A stretch of DNA of 64,000 bases from Nannocystales bacterium (GCA_050633305.1 JBOEGF010000024.1:224001-288000), one strand, 5' to 3'; positions 46,594-56,973 are shown, numbered from the stretch's first letter. The notes: a model not told the origin generated them from the sequence alone. Translations and numbers: made by a program.

Positions 46594-48675
46594 ATGGCGC
46601 TGTATACCCTGTACGTTCAGTACGCGGGACGACCCCCCGAAACCAAATCATTCGACAAGGAAACGATCGTCATGGGACGCGATGTCGGCGACATTGCCCT
46701 TCAGGACCCACAGGTCTCTGGGCGACACGCCGAGATGCGGTTCCAAGGCGGACGCCTCGTTTTTCAAGACCTCGGTTCGACCAACGGATCGTTCCTCCCA
46801 ACAGGGGAGCGAATCCAGGCTCCGGTCGAGCTCGGGATCGGCCAGGCTGTCCGTTTGGGACAGTCGGTGATCACGGTTCAGCACATCGACTTTCCCGGCG
46901 CGGTCGGGCAGAGCAAGACGATGTTTGCTGGGGCAGGTGCCGCGCCTCCGCCGGCCAGTGCGCCAGCACCGGCGCCAGGACAGCCGTTTGCTGCACCTGC
47001 GGCTCCGCCGATCCCCGGGGCTTCTCACCAGGTTCGGCCAGGTGGTCCCCCGCCGGGCCCGCCTCGTCCGGGCATGCCTGGCGGTCCTGCGGCCGCCCCT
47101 GCTCCGGCTCCCATGGCTCCGGCTCCAGCACCCATGGCCCCCGCGCCTGCGCCGATGGCCGCACCGCCTCCCGCGGCAGGGCCACCCCCTGGGCAGCCGG
47201 GGTACCCACCACCGGGGGGGCAGCCTCCGGGGCAGCCCCCGATGGGTCAGCCTGCAGGGCAGCCGCCGATGGGTCAGCCTCCAGGGCAGCCGCCGATGGG
47301 TGGACAGCCTCCGATGGGTCAGCCTCCGGGGCAGCCGCCGATGGGTGGACAGCCGCCCATGGGTGGTCAACCCGGCCAGCCGCCGATGGGCGGTCACCCT
47401 GGACAGCCGCCGATGGGGGGTCAACCCGGACAGCCGCCGATGGGTGGTCAGCCCGGTCAGCCTGCGATGGGCGGTCAACCGGGCTACCCCGGCCAGCCCA
47501 ATGCGATGCAGCCCGCGGCTCAAGGCAACGATCCCTTCGGGGCGATCGAGAGCGAGGGCTTCTTCGGTGATGTGAAGGCTGGCTTCGCACTTCTCAAACC
47601 GGTGATGATCCCGGTCGTGCTCGTGCTCGGGTCCGCCGTCCTTCCGCTGGTGGGGCTCGTGTTCCCACTGTTGGCACTCGCCGGTGGGACCATGTTGGTC
47701 CGCTCCCGTCTGGGAATGCCGGTGTCCGCCGGCGCCGCGGTGAAGTACGCCATGCGCGACTTCGTGGGCAACTGGATCAGCGCATTCCTTGCCATCATCG
47801 TGCCGTTCGCTGGGATGTCGGGTGGTCTGCCCTCGATGATCATCGAGCGGCGGGAGAAGATGGACGCGCTCAGCCGCGGCATCGAGGTCCTCAAGTGGGA
47901 CATCGGTCGGATCGTGCTCGCGACCATCGTTGCGAGTATCGGTGGTCAGATCGTCGCGTCGATCGGCTTCACGGTTGGCGGGTTCATCCCCTACGTCGGT
48001 TGGGTTCTGTCGCTCTTGATCGGGATGGCCGGATACGGCTTCTCGCTCGGTTTGGTCCTGGCCACCGGTCTGCATCAGTACTTCTTGCTTCGGAAGCAGA
48101 ACGAAGGCGTCGATGTCGAGGCCGAAGCCCGGGCCGCGATGGAGGCGATGGACGCAGGTGTTCCAGCCGCACCGGCCGCCCCCGCGCAACCGGCCTTCCA
48201 AAACCAGCCGCAGCCCGGCGGGTTCCAACAGCCCGGCGCCGCACCGCAACAGCCTGGCGGCTTCCCGCAGCCTGGTGCACCTCCGCAGCAGCCCGGTGGC
48301 TATCCGCCGCCCGGTGCACCTCCGCAGCAGCCCGGCGGCTATCCGCAGCCCGGCGCAGCACCGCAGCAACCCGGCGGCTACCCGCAGCCCGGCGCAGCAC
48401 CGCAACAACCCGGCGGATATCCGCAACCGGGCGCAGCTCCGCAGCAGCCGGGATATCCAGCCCCCGCCCCGGGTGGGTATCCGCAACCGGGTGCAGCACC
48501 GCAGCAACCCGGCGGTTACCCGCAGCAGCCCGGCGGCTATCCGCAGCAGCCCGGTGCCGCTCCGCAACAGCCTGGCGGCTACCCGCAGCCGGGTGTGGCG
48601 CCACAGCAGCAGCCCGGTGGCTACCCGCCTCCTGGAGGCTACCCGCCGCCAGGCGGTGGATATCCGCAGCAGTAA
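46594..48675 (+). CDS. FHA-domain membrane protein with two long Pro/Gly/Gln low-complexity regions
   Basis: AGGAG RBS; FHA motifs MGR, VSGRHA, DLGSTNG; central TM bundle; PPMGGQPGQ and GGYPQPGAAPQQP repeats. Confidence 0.9.
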   Translation: MALYTLYVQYAGRPPETKSFDKETIVMGRDVGDIALQDPQVSGRHAEMRFQGGRLVFQDLGSTNGSFLPTGERIQAPVELGIGQAVRLGQSVITVQHIDFPGAVGQSKTMFAGAGAAPPPASAPAPAPGQPFAAPAAPPIPGASHQVRPGGPPPGPPRPGMPGGPAAAPAPAPMAPAPAPMAPAPAPMAAPPPAAGPPPGQPGYPPPGGQPPGQPPMGQPAGQPPMGQPPGQPPMGGQPPMGQPPGQPPMGGQPPMGGQPGQPPMGGHPGQPPMGGQPGQPPMGGQPGQPAMGGQPGYPGQPNAMQPAAQGNDPFGAIESEGFFGDVKAGFALLKPVMIPVVLVLGSAVLPLVGLVFPLLALAGGTMLVRSRLGMPVSAGAAVKYAMRDFVGNWISAFLAIIVPFAGMSGGLPSMIIERREKMDALSRGIEVLKWDIGRIVLATIVASIGGQIVASIGFTVGGFIPYVGWVLSLLIGMAGYGFSLGLVLATGLHQYFLLRKQNEGVDVEAEARAAMEAMDAGVPAAPAAPAQPAFQNQPQPGGFQQPGAAPQQPGGFPQPGAPPQQPGGYPPPGAPPQQPGGYPQPGAAPQQPGGYPQPGAAPQQPGGYPQPGAAPQQPGYPAPAPGGYPQPGAAPQQPGGYPQQPGGYPQQPGAAPQQPGGYPQPGVAPQQQPGGYPPPGGYPPPGGGYPQQ
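47206..47495 (+). repeat. Coding tandem repeats (QPPMG[G]QPG)n
   Basis: Recurrent CAGCCGCCGATGGG units. Confidence 0.85.
48208..48672 (+). repeat. Coding ~39-bp tandem repeats (GGYPQPGAAPQQP)n
   Basis: About 11 degenerate units visible in both DNA and protein. Confidence 0.85.
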
Positions 48676-48710
48676 CACCCGGTCCCACGGGTGACCCAAG
48701 CGGGTCCGAC

Positions 48711-48743
48711 AAGGGCGGTGCTCACGCGAGCGCCGCCCTTTTT
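48711..48743 (+). terminator. Rho-independent terminator
   Basis: AAGGGCGGTGCTC-ACGC-GAGCGCCGCCC followed by T5. Confidence 0.85.
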
Positions 48744-48826
48744 CGTGTTCGCTGGTGGTGTCCTGCGTGATGCAGCGCGTGGACCCAATGGCCCGCAATG
48801 CGTAGGGTTCGCGCGGAGTTTCTGCC

Positions 48827-51088
48827 ATGCCCGACGCCCCCAGCACCTCGCCACGGTACGACCTCTCTCGCCTCGGCCAGTTTCCCGAGTTGACGCCCGA
48901 CATCATGCGCGTTGCGTATCGCGAGGCTTGCATGGCTCGCATGCACGTGGAGCGCGTGGTGCAGGAGTGCCTCAAGGGAATCGTGAAGTTCGCGATCTGG
49001 GGTCCGGGCGAGGAGATTCACGGCACCGCGACCGCACTCGCAGCACACAGCGAGCTCGCCTTCGACAAGTTCGCGATCTGCGGCCACTACCGCAGCGCGT
49101 CGCTGTTGGGACTGTGGGCTCGACTGCAGGGCTACGAAGACTTCCACCTCGACCACATGCGCCAGCAGCTCTCGCGGAGCACCGACCCGTGGAGCGGTGG
49201 TCGCCAGATGACGGCCCACTTCAACGACATGCGCTTCGGCATCCTGCCGGTGCAGTCGGCACTTGGCATGCAGGTATCCAAGTCGGTCGGGTACGCCTAC
49301 GGCAACCAACTCAAGGGGCAGACCGACTCCGTCACGATGGCGGTGGTAGGCGATGGAACCTGTGCTGAAGGCGACCTCCACGAGGGCATGACCGGCGCCT
49401 CGATCCTCGGGCTGCCGTGGTTGCTTGTCGTCACCGACAACAACATCGCGATCAGCGTCAAGCCGGAGGACGGTCGCGGCATCCAGGACTTCGAGGCCTA
49501 CGCGAAGGCGTTCGGCTTCGAGTACTTCACCTGCGACGGCAACGACTTTCTCGAGGTGTACGAGACCAACAAGAAGGCGATGGCGTTTTGCCGGGACAAC
49601 CAGAAACCGGCCCTGCTTTGGGTTCGGAACCTGTCGCGCCTCAACGACCACAGCTCGGCGGCTGACGTCACCTTCAAGTTCGACCAACACGACCCGCTGC
49701 TCGACTTCGGCCAAGCGCTTGTCGACCAGGGCGTGCTGCAGGATGGCGACGTCGTGCGTCGCAAGGACGGCCAATCCAAGGACTACTTCCTCCGTCACGA
49801 CCTGGGCACGGTCGCAACCGCGGCCGATGAGTACATCGTAGGGACGATGGCGCAGGCCGAGTCCGAGCCCGAGCCCACCTACGACTCGGTGTTCGAGCAC
49901 ATCCGTGATCCGTTCCCCGAGTCGGTGGAAGCGCCGGTCGAGGGTCGCAACACGGTCATCTCGATCAACGGTGCGATGCGAGCCGCACTTGGGGCCATCC
50001 TCAAGGAGAACCCCATGACGTGGGTCTATGGGCAGGATGTGGGAGCCAAGGGAGGCGTGATGCAGGCCACGCGCGGCTTGTTCGACCAGTTCCCCGGTCA
50101 GGTCAAAGACGCTCCGATCAACGAGCCTCTCATCCTTGGCGCGGCCACAGGGTTCGCGCTTCACGAGGGCTCGACCGCGTTGCCCGAGATTCAGTTCAGC
50201 GACTACAGCCTCAACACGCTGCACTGGCTGGTCTACCTCGGCAACCTCCTGTGGACCTCCGGCGGAACGATTCACGCCAACGTGATCGTCCGGCTGCCCA
50301 CCGAGCCGTTGCATGGCGGAGCCGTGTACCACTCGATGTGCATGGAAGGCCTCTACGGGTCGATCCCTGGCCTGACGATCTGCGCGCCCACCACTTCGCG
50401 TGACATCTACGGGATGCTGCGGAGCGCGGCGGAGTTCACCGGACCGGTCGTGTTCTTCGAGTCCAAGGGCCTGTACCGCATGACGCTCGGCGATGCTTTC
50501 CCCGGGGAGCCCACCGACAAGGCCGAGGTCGCCAAGCTCAAGCGTGCGATCGCGTTCGAGGGCCACGCACCCGACATTCCCGACGACTTCCGGGTCCCCC
50601 TCGGCAAGGCTGCGGTCCGGCGTGAGGGCACCGACCTCAGCATCGTGACCTGGGGTCGCTGCACCTTGTTCGTGCAGACCGCCATCGAAACCCTGTCCGC
50701 TGCAGGCATCGATGTCGAGATGATCGACCTCCGCACGATCGTCCCGCCCGACCTCGAGACGGTGATGGCTTCGGTCTCCAAGACCCGTCGACTGCTCGTT
50801 GTGCACGAAGACCGGGTCTTCGCCAGCCTTGGTCGCGAGCTTCAAGGATCGGTGATCGAGGCGATGGCTGGTCAACCCTTGGCGACCCGGGTTCTGGGTC
50901 AGGACGCGGTCCCGGGCATCCCCCAAAACGCCCGCCTCGAAGAGCAGCTGGTCGTCTCGCCGGAAAAAATCATCAAGGCGGCACACGAGGTCATGGCGTT
51001 GCCGCTCGGCTCCGGTGGTGCCGCCGTGCCCGCTCCGGCTGCCGCTCCGGCGGTGCTCTGGACACCCAACCGCAACTTCGTCGCTTGA
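48827..51088 (+). CDS. 2-oxoacid dehydrogenase E1, fused alpha and beta subunits (branched-chain-like)
   Basis: SGGRQMTAHF, TPP motif GDG...DNN, GQDV, APINE, EIQFSDY, FFESKGLY, IDLRTI.P.D. Confidence 0.92.
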   Translation: MPDAPSTSPRYDLSRLGQFPELTPDIMRVAYREACMARMHVERVVQECLKGIVKFAIWGPGEEIHGTATALAAHSELAFDKFAICGHYRSASLLGLWARLQGYEDFHLDHMRQQLSRSTDPWSGGRQMTAHFNDMRFGILPVQSALGMQVSKSVGYAYGNQLKGQTDSVTMAVVGDGTCAEGDLHEGMTGASILGLPWLLVVTDNNIAISVKPEDGRGIQDFEAYAKAFGFEYFTCDGNDFLEVYETNKKAMAFCRDNQKPALLWVRNLSRLNDHSSAADVTFKFDQHDPLLDFGQALVDQGVLQDGDVVRRKDGQSKDYFLRHDLGTVATAADEYIVGTMAQAESEPEPTYDSVFEHIRDPFPESVEAPVEGRNTVISINGAMRAALGAILKENPMTWVYGQDVGAKGGVMQATRGLFDQFPGQVKDAPINEPLILGAATGFALHEGSTALPEIQFSDYSLNTLHWLVYLGNLLWTSGGTIHANVIVRLPTEPLHGGAVYHSMCMEGLYGSIPGLTICAPTTSRDIYGMLRSAAEFTGPVVFFESKGLYRMTLGDAFPGEPTDKAEVAKLKRAIAFEGHAPDIPDDFRVPLGKAAVRREGTDLSIVTWGRCTLFVQTAIETLSAAGIDVEMIDLRTIVPPDLETVMASVSKTRRLLVVHEDRVFASLGRELQGSVIEAMAGQPLATRVLGQDAVPGIPQNARLEEQLVVSPEKIIKAAHEVMALPLGSGGAAVPAPAAAPAVLWTPNRNFVA

Positions 51089-51106
51089 GGCGCTCAGTAC
51101 GAGCTT

Positions 51107-51943
51107 GTGGACTTCGGTGAAGACACGCTCCAAGTGGGCGGACTGACGCTCACGGGCGTTGCACGTGGGGGGATCGGCACGAGCCTGCGCGTGGCCGAGT
51201 TGGGCGTGCTGTTCGACGTGGGGGTCCCCGTGACTGGGCAGCTCAAGAACGCACGGATTCTGGTGTCACATGGACACCAGGACCATCTTGGTGGGCTGCC
51301 GTATCTCCTCTCGCAGCGCCACATGATGCAACAGGAGCCCTCGAACGTTCACGTGCCGCTCGAGATCCTCGATCCCTTGCAGCGCATCTTCGCCGCGTGG
51401 TCGGAGATTGAGGACTTCGAGATGGAAACGCGGTTGCATGGCCAGAGCCCCGGCGACGTCGTTGAGGTTCGCAAGGGGATCGATGCGGTGGCGGTGCGAT
51501 CGGTGCATCGTGTTCCGTCGCTTGCGTGGGTCATTCGGCGCCGCACGATGCGTCTCACGGCGGAGTTCTCCGAGCTACGGGGCGAGCAGATTCAAGCCCT
51601 CCGCGCCCAGGGGAAGACCGTCACCGAAGCCCATGTGGAGCCGGTGTTGTGCGTTACGGGGGACACGACGATCGAGCTCTTCGATCGGGAGCCATTGGTT
51701 CGCCAGGCCAAGGTCCTCGTGCATGAGGTGACGTCTTGGGACGACCGTCGCGGGGTGGAGCACACCCGAGCGTGGGGACACACCCATGTCGACGAGATCA
51801 TCGAGCGGGCCGAACAGTTCGAGGGGGACGCACTCGTGCTCGTGCACCGCAGCGCTCGGCACTCGAAGGCGCAAGCCGAGCAACTCGTTGCAGAGCGATT
51901 TCCGGCCTCGGTCCGGGACAAGGTTCATGTCTTCGGAAACTGA
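51107..51943 (+). CDS. Metallo-beta-lactamase-fold hydrolase, RNase Z-like (short-arm type)
   Basis: SHGHQDHLGG (HxHxDH), HRVPS, TGDT, HE, GHTH, VHRSAR. Confidence 0.85.
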   Translation: MDFGEDTLQVGGLTLTGVARGGIGTSLRVAELGVLFDVGVPVTGQLKNARILVSHGHQDHLGGLPYLLSQRHMMQQEPSNVHVPLEILDPLQRIFAAWSEIEDFEMETRLHGQSPGDVVEVRKGIDAVAVRSVHRVPSLAWVIRRRTMRLTAEFSELRGEQIQALRAQGKTVTEAHVEPVLCVTGDTTIELFDREPLVRQAKVLVHEVTSWDDRRGVEHTRAWGHTHVDEIIERAEQFEGDALVLVHRSARHSKAQAEQLVAERFPASVRDKVHVFGN

Positions 51944-53135
51944 CGGCGCCATCGTGATCCTCGGAGCCTCGTTCGCGGGCGTCGAGGTCGTCTACCAGCT
52001 GGTCCGAGCCTTCGACGGCAAGCCGCCGCCGCTGATCGTCGTGGACCGGCAGAGCGAGCACGGATACCTCCCTCTCGTGCAAGAGCGGTTGTGCGGCGTC
52101 CTCGACCCTGCCGAGTCTCGCCTCAATACGCGGGCGTTCGTCGAGTCTGTTCCCCAGGCCCGATACGTCCAAGGCGAGGTCGAGTCGTTCGACCCTGCGA
52201 CGAAGACGGTCAAGCTGGCCAACGGCACGAGCGAGTCCGGGCGCTTCGCGGTTGTGGCGCTCGGCTCTGGCTTCGAGGCGCCCGCGGGAATCGACGGGGC
52301 CCAGAATGTCCTTGGCTACAAGGGCGAGGCCGATTTCACGCGGGCTCACGAGGCCCTCCGCGGCCTGCTCGAGGGAGCGGAAGATCGGCCCGAGATCGTG
52401 GTGGTGGGCGGCGGGATCAGTGGATGCGAGCTCGCGGGGGAACTCGCGGCTCTCGCAGGGACGCGGCCGACGGGGTGGTCTGCACCCAAGGTTCGACTGG
52501 CGACCTCTGCGGCCGCTCTCGTAGACAGCATGGGAGCGGGGATCTCGAGCCGGGCGACCCGGGCCCTGGAGGCACAAGGGGTCAGCATCGATGTCTCGAG
52601 CCGCGTGCTCCGGGTCGCAGACGGCGAGGCTCACTTGGAATCCGCAGGGGCGACGAAGACGGTCCGGGCCGACCTCGTATTGTGGGCTGGTGGCATCCGC
52701 CCTGCACCCATTCTCGAGCAACTGGGCCTTCCCCGGACCGACGACGGCTGGCTCAGCGTGGGCCCGACGCTGCAGTGTTTCGCAGAGCCTGAGATGACCA
52801 AGCCCGACATCTTCGCGTGCGGAGACGCCGTGCGGGTGCGCGGCGGGGACGGCGAGTGGCCGACGATGCAGCGCGCGATCGAGTGCATCTGGCAGGCCAA
52901 GGTCGTGGCGCGCAATATTGCGGAGCTTCACGAACAGCCCACCGACTACGACGAGGGCGTTCCGCCGCTACAGCCTCACAAACTGCGCTCGGAGTTCTTC
53001 TACGGGCTCAGCCTGGGTGCGCGTTCGATGGTGCTGTATCGGGGGATGGGTCTCGACATGCCGGGCATCAACCATCGCTTCCGGCGGTGGCTGATGCGTC
53101 AGTACTTCGCTCGCTACGCTCCACTCCCGGGCTGA
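51927..53135 (+). CDS. NAD(P)/FAD-dependent oxidoreductase, NDH-2-like
   Basis: ILGASFAG, VVALGS, VVGGGISGCELAGE, VLWAGG, FACGD; 17-nt overlap with the upstream gene. Confidence 0.85.
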   Translation: MSSETDGAIVILGASFAGVEVVYQLVRAFDGKPPPLIVVDRQSEHGYLPLVQERLCGVLDPAESRLNTRAFVESVPQARYVQGEVESFDPATKTVKLANGTSESGRFAVVALGSGFEAPAGIDGAQNVLGYKGEADFTRAHEALRGLLEGAEDRPEIVVVGGGISGCELAGELAALAGTRPTGWSAPKVRLATSAAALVDSMGAGISSRATRALEAQGVSIDVSSRVLRVADGEAHLESAGATKTVRADLVLWAGGIRPAPILEQLGLPRTDDGWLSVGPTLQCFAEPEMTKPDIFACGDAVRVRGGDGEWPTMQRAIECIWQAKVVARNIAELHEQPTDYDEGVPPLQPHKLRSEFFYGLSLGARSMVLYRGMGLDMPGINHRFRRWLMRQYFARYAPLPG

Positions 53136-53253
53136 GTCCGGCGGGGCGCCGGCGCTGACAGCCGACCGCTGTTGGCTTGTGAGCGGGGGGCGGGCTGTTC
53201 CAGGGGTCGACGGATCGTCGGCAGGCCGAGGCGGCGGGTGCTAGCGTTGGGTT

Positions 53254-54258
53254 GTGAGGGGACGGGCCCGAGCTCGAGTCGGAGCCACGCGTTGCGGGAG
53301 TCCCGGTCCGCTGGCCTACACGCTCGGGTTGGCCTTGGCCGCTTGCGGCGGCCATCCTCGCATCGACCAACCGCCGCTCACGGCACCCGCTGGTTTCGAG
53401 ACGCTTGCGGGAGCGCGAGATGTCCCGCTGCAGTTCTCCGCGAGCATGCCCTCGGGCGAGCCTCGTGGTGTGATCTACTTCGTGCTCGGGCCAGAGATCG
53501 GCAGGCACGCGCCCTATCCCGAGTTCAGGGCCATGGCCCACGACGCGGGGTACGTGGTGGCCAGTCTGCACCCACGGGGCAGCGGATACTCTGCGGGCCT
53601 CCGCGGCGACATTCGCCGCTACCCGCTCGTACTCGATGACCTTCGACTCGGCTGGGAAGAGCTGGCCCGGCGTTTTCCTGACACCCCGCGCTTCCTGTTC
53701 GGCCACAGCGCGGGCGGACCCCTCGCGCTCGAGGTCGCCGCCACCTCCGATGTCGCCCCAACGGGCGTCATCCTCATCAATCCCGCCTACCGTCTTCGGT
53801 TTGCCGAGGGCATGGGTCCCAGCGCTCGCGACTACTTCGTCTACGCGCTCAACTTCATCTTTCGGCCCTGGGCGTTGACGGTCGACATGAACCGCGAGCC
53901 CTCGGCAGTCCGCTTCGAGCCGGACCGCTTGGAGGCCGAGGGCATGCACGCCGATCCGCTGGTGGTGCGCTACTTCAGCCTGCGCTACTTGTCGGCTCAG
54001 CGGAGGGTGATGAAGCGTAGCTCCAAGAACGCTGCGAAGGTCCGCGCCCCGATTCTGGTCGTACAGGGACATCATGACGCCCTGGTCGACCCCGCGGGCA
54101 ACGACGAGATTCTCGACGCCGCGCCGACGACGGACAAGCGGAAGCTCATCGCGGCCGAAGGTGGCCACGGGTCGAGCGCGGTGGAGACGAAGGTCGAGGC
54201 CCTGCTCAACTGGCTCGATGAGCATTCGGGCCATGGGGGAGTCCAGAGCACACGCTGA
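53254..54258 (+). CDS. Alpha/beta hydrolase, lysophospholipase-like (possible lipoprotein)
   Basis: RGSGYS, GHSAGG, QGHHDALV, GGH; LAAC lipobox-like. Start uncertain. Confidence 0.85.
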   Translation: MRGRARARVGATRCGSPGPLAYTLGLALAACGGHPRIDQPPLTAPAGFETLAGARDVPLQFSASMPSGEPRGVIYFVLGPEIGRHAPYPEFRAMAHDAGYVVASLHPRGSGYSAGLRGDIRRYPLVLDDLRLGWEELARRFPDTPRFLFGHSAGGPLALEVAATSDVAPTGVILINPAYRLRFAEGMGPSARDYFVYALNFIFRPWALTVDMNREPSAVRFEPDRLEAEGMHADPLVVRYFSLRYLSAQRRVMKRSSKNAAKVRAPILVVQGHHDALVDPAGNDEILDAAPTTDKRKLIAAEGGHGSSAVETKVEALLNWLDEHSGHGGVQSTR

Positions 54259-54381
54259 GGTCCGCTCGGGAATCCGACCCCGGGCGGCGCTCGAGCAGCA
54301 GCGCGAGCAGGCAAAGCTTAGGGAGGAGCAAGCCCGGGAGGCACGTCCGTACGATGGCGAGGTGCCGAGCGTGGCGCGAGG

Positions 54382-56973
54382 TCAGGCCTTCTCGATACGG
54401 CCGCGGCCGAGCTTGAATGAGAACATCCCGTTGATAGGATCGGTGGTGTTGCTCACCACGTTGTTGGCGGCGGTGTCCAACTCACCAAGGTAGTTGAAGT
54501 ATGCGCAGCTGACCCCTGGCTGCAGTCCGTCGGTGAGTATCGCGACCGCCGAGAACGAACCGTGCGAACCTACGACGCGGACTGGGTCACCGTCGGCAAT
54601 TCCGGCCGCGCCGGCGTCGATGGGATTGAGCTCGAGCGTGTTCTCAGGCATCTGCTCGATGCGATGCGCAATCCGACGGTCCTCGATCATTGCACTCCAT
54701 GTCCGGGAGTCGCGACGGTTGATGACCCAGAGTTCGCCGTCCCGGGGTGCGAGTGACTCGTGGCGATCGATCACGTCGTTCCAATCGCCGATTGCGAACA
54801 CCGCTTTGCCCGACGCGGTCTTGAACGCACCCCGGTCCCCGGCGGTTTGCTCCGCGGTCTCGGCGTCATGGAACCGCGGCGTTTCACGGAGTCTGCCGTC
54901 CTCGACGTAGATCGGGCACTGATACCCTTCGGTGCCTCGCTCGGCCAACAGGTCCCGGGCTGGGCGGCCTTGACGCTGTGCCTCCTCGACCAGGGCGCCG
55001 TAGGCTTGGGTTCCGCCTGACTTCGGTCCAGCCTCTTCGAAGATCTCATCTCCGGTGGCCCAATCGAAGCCGTCGTAGCCCATACGCCGAGCGACATCGG
55101 CAATGATCTGCCAATCGGTTCGCGCCTCGCCGGGCGGGTCGCAGATCTGTGCGTAGTAGCGAAGACGACGCTCGCCCTGCATCCGGGTAAACGCTGCCTC
55201 CCCCCATGACGCGGCGGGCAGGACGATGTCCGCGAGCTCGGTGAGCGCTTGGGGGTAGATGTCCTGTTGCACGAGGATCATGCCGCCCGCGTCGGCTCGG
55301 GCAGCAAGCGTATCGACGACAGTGTCGATGTCGACTCCCGAGGAGCTGATCACATCGGCGGCGAGTTGCGGGCTGCCGACCAGCTCGCGCACGCGTTCGT
55401 GGAGCACGGAGGCGCCCGCGGTGCCGCCTCCGGCCCACGTACAGCCGATCACCCAGGCCATCCGCAGGTTTCCGTCGAGCACCCACTGGTCCAGGTTGAG
55501 CCCCGCCGTTCGGCCTTGCAGACTGTGCGGCGACTTGTCCTTGGGATACGAGGCGGACTTCATCATGCCTCGCTGGTGCCCTCCACCGCGGGAGATGACG
55601 CGGCCAGGACGGTTTCCTGCGCCGAGCACCAAGCCGAGGCTCACCAACGACGCACTGCCGGGGAAGTTGTGCGCCCAGTAGTTGCCCTTCTCCAGCATGA
55701 AGGAGGTTCGAGGCGCCCGCACGGTACCGGTCTCGTCGACGCGCGGCTCGGCCAACAAGGATGCGGCCAGTTCGATCTTTTCCGCCGGGACGCCTGTAAT
55801 CTGCGCGGCCCGTTCGAGGCTGTACGTCTCATCTGCGAGCAGGAACGAGCGATAGGCGTCAAACGTGGCGCCGTAGGCTTCGCGCATCCCATTGGCCTCC
55901 GCTTCGGCCGCAAACTCCGCCTCGGTGACCACGAAGGACTCGATCCATGCGTCGTCCTGCCACCCCCGCTCGACGACGAGTCGGGCGATCGCATTGTTGA
56001 GCACGGTGTCCGTGCCTGGCTTCAGCTGCAGGTGCACGCCGCCGTGGTCTTCGGCCCATTGCGCCGCAACGTCGCGGCGTGGGTTGACCACGACGAGCGC
56101 CTTCTGGGCGTTGCCCTCGTCATCGACAAAGGGCGATGAACTGGGCGTCGCTCGGACCCAGTTGGAGAACAACACGCCTCGCGCTTCGTAGATCGCGACT
56201 CCGGAGACGAACACCACGTCCGCATCACGCCAATCGGGATACCCGGCGCTGAAGGCATCAACCCCAGCGACGGACAGCCCGGGGGTGGAGGAACCATCGC
56301 GCGGCTGATCGTGCGGAGCCCAACACGGGGTCTGCACCTTCTCGAATGCGAGCTTCGTGATCGCGTAGGTGTTCTCGTAGAACTGGTACGAGTACGTCTT
56401 CATGCCCCACGCCAGCTCGGAGTGGGTGTCGATGATGTGGCGGCTGAGCCGGGCTACGATTTCGCTGGCCTCGTCCCAAGAAACCTCGACCAACTCGCCG
56501 GCCACCCGCAGTTGCGGCCGTAGCAGTCGGTCGCTCTTCCGCTCGTCGGCGCGCGAGTAGAGCCGCCGAGCGAGAGTTGCCCCGAGGCTGTAGTCGCCAC
56601 CCACGTTGACCACCTCGGCCTTCCAGTCGGGCACGACCACGACGTGGTGGGGCATGCCGTCGACCTCGACGACGTTGTGCTGGTTGGGCGATATCCACGG
56701 CAACCCGGTCGTTGGGAGGTCGACACCCAGTGCGTTCTCATCCGCACCGAGTCCGCCTGGCTCCGCATCGACCGGCCACCGATAGATGCGGTAGCCGCAG
56801 CCCACAATGCAGAAGGCGCACGCGGACGTGAGCTCCTTCGCCGTGGTGGGGGGAATGTAGTAGTTGGGCTTCGCGGTTTGCTCCGCGCTCGCCGCCGCCG
56901 GCATCGAGACCGCGCCCCCTGTGGCGAGTGCAAGCTTCGCAAAACGCCGTCGACCCAAGCGTTCGCGACTCAT
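54382..56973 (-). CDS. DMSO-reductase-family molybdoenzyme large subunit, arsenite oxidase AioA / iodate reductase IdrA-related
   Basis: CAFCIVGCGY (CX2CX3C, 3Fe-4S-type), WISPNQHN, MKTYSYQFYENTYAITK, EKGNYW, RGGGHQRG, QDIY, ADIVLPAA, GERRLR, C-terminal molydop-binding domain. Confidence 0.9.
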   Translation of the reverse strand: MSRERLGRRRFAKLALATGGAVSMPAAASAEQTAKPNYYIPPTTAKELTSACAFCIVGCGYRIYRWPVDAEPGGLGADENALGVDLPTTGLPWISPNQHNVVEVDGMPHHVVVVPDWKAEVVNVGGDYSLGATLARRLYSRADERKSDRLLRPQLRVAGELVEVSWDEASEIVARLSRHIIDTHSELAWGMKTYSYQFYENTYAITKLAFEKVQTPCWAPHDQPRDGSSTPGLSVAGVDAFSAGYPDWRDADVVFVSGVAIYEARGVLFSNWVRATPSSSPFVDDEGNAQKALVVVNPRRDVAAQWAEDHGGVHLQLKPGTDTVLNNAIARLVVERGWQDDAWIESFVVTEAEFAAEAEANGMREAYGATFDAYRSFLLADETYSLERAAQITGVPAEKIELAASLLAEPRVDETGTVRAPRTSFMLEKGNYWAHNFPGSASLVSLGLVLGAGNRPGRVISRGGGHQRGMMKSASYPKDKSPHSLQGRTAGLNLDQWVLDGNLRMAWVIGCTWAGGGTAGASVLHERVRELVGSPQLAADVISSSGVDIDTVVDTLAARADAGGMILVQQDIYPQALTELADIVLPAASWGEAAFTRMQGERRLRYYAQICDPPGEARTDWQIIADVARRMGYDGFDWATGDEIFEEAGPKSGGTQAYGALVEEAQRQGRPARDLLAERGTEGYQCPIYVEDGRLRETPRFHDAETAEQTAGDRGAFKTASGKAVFAIGDWNDVIDRHESLAPRDGELWVINRRDSRTWSAMIEDRRIAHRIEQMPENTLELNPIDAGAAGIADGDPVRVVGSHGSFSAVAILTDGLQPGVSCAYFNYLGELDTAANNVVSNTTDPINGMFSFKLGRGRIEKA

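Noticed and set aside
44265..47570. 1101-aa plus-strand ORF
   Set aside because: Shadow ORF: it is antisense to glpD and out of frame over the FHA gene, Arg/Ala/Pro-rich, with no motifs.
54382..56973. Assigning the gene symbol aioA or idrA
   Set aside because: Motifs and gene context are mixed; a phylogeny is needed before naming.
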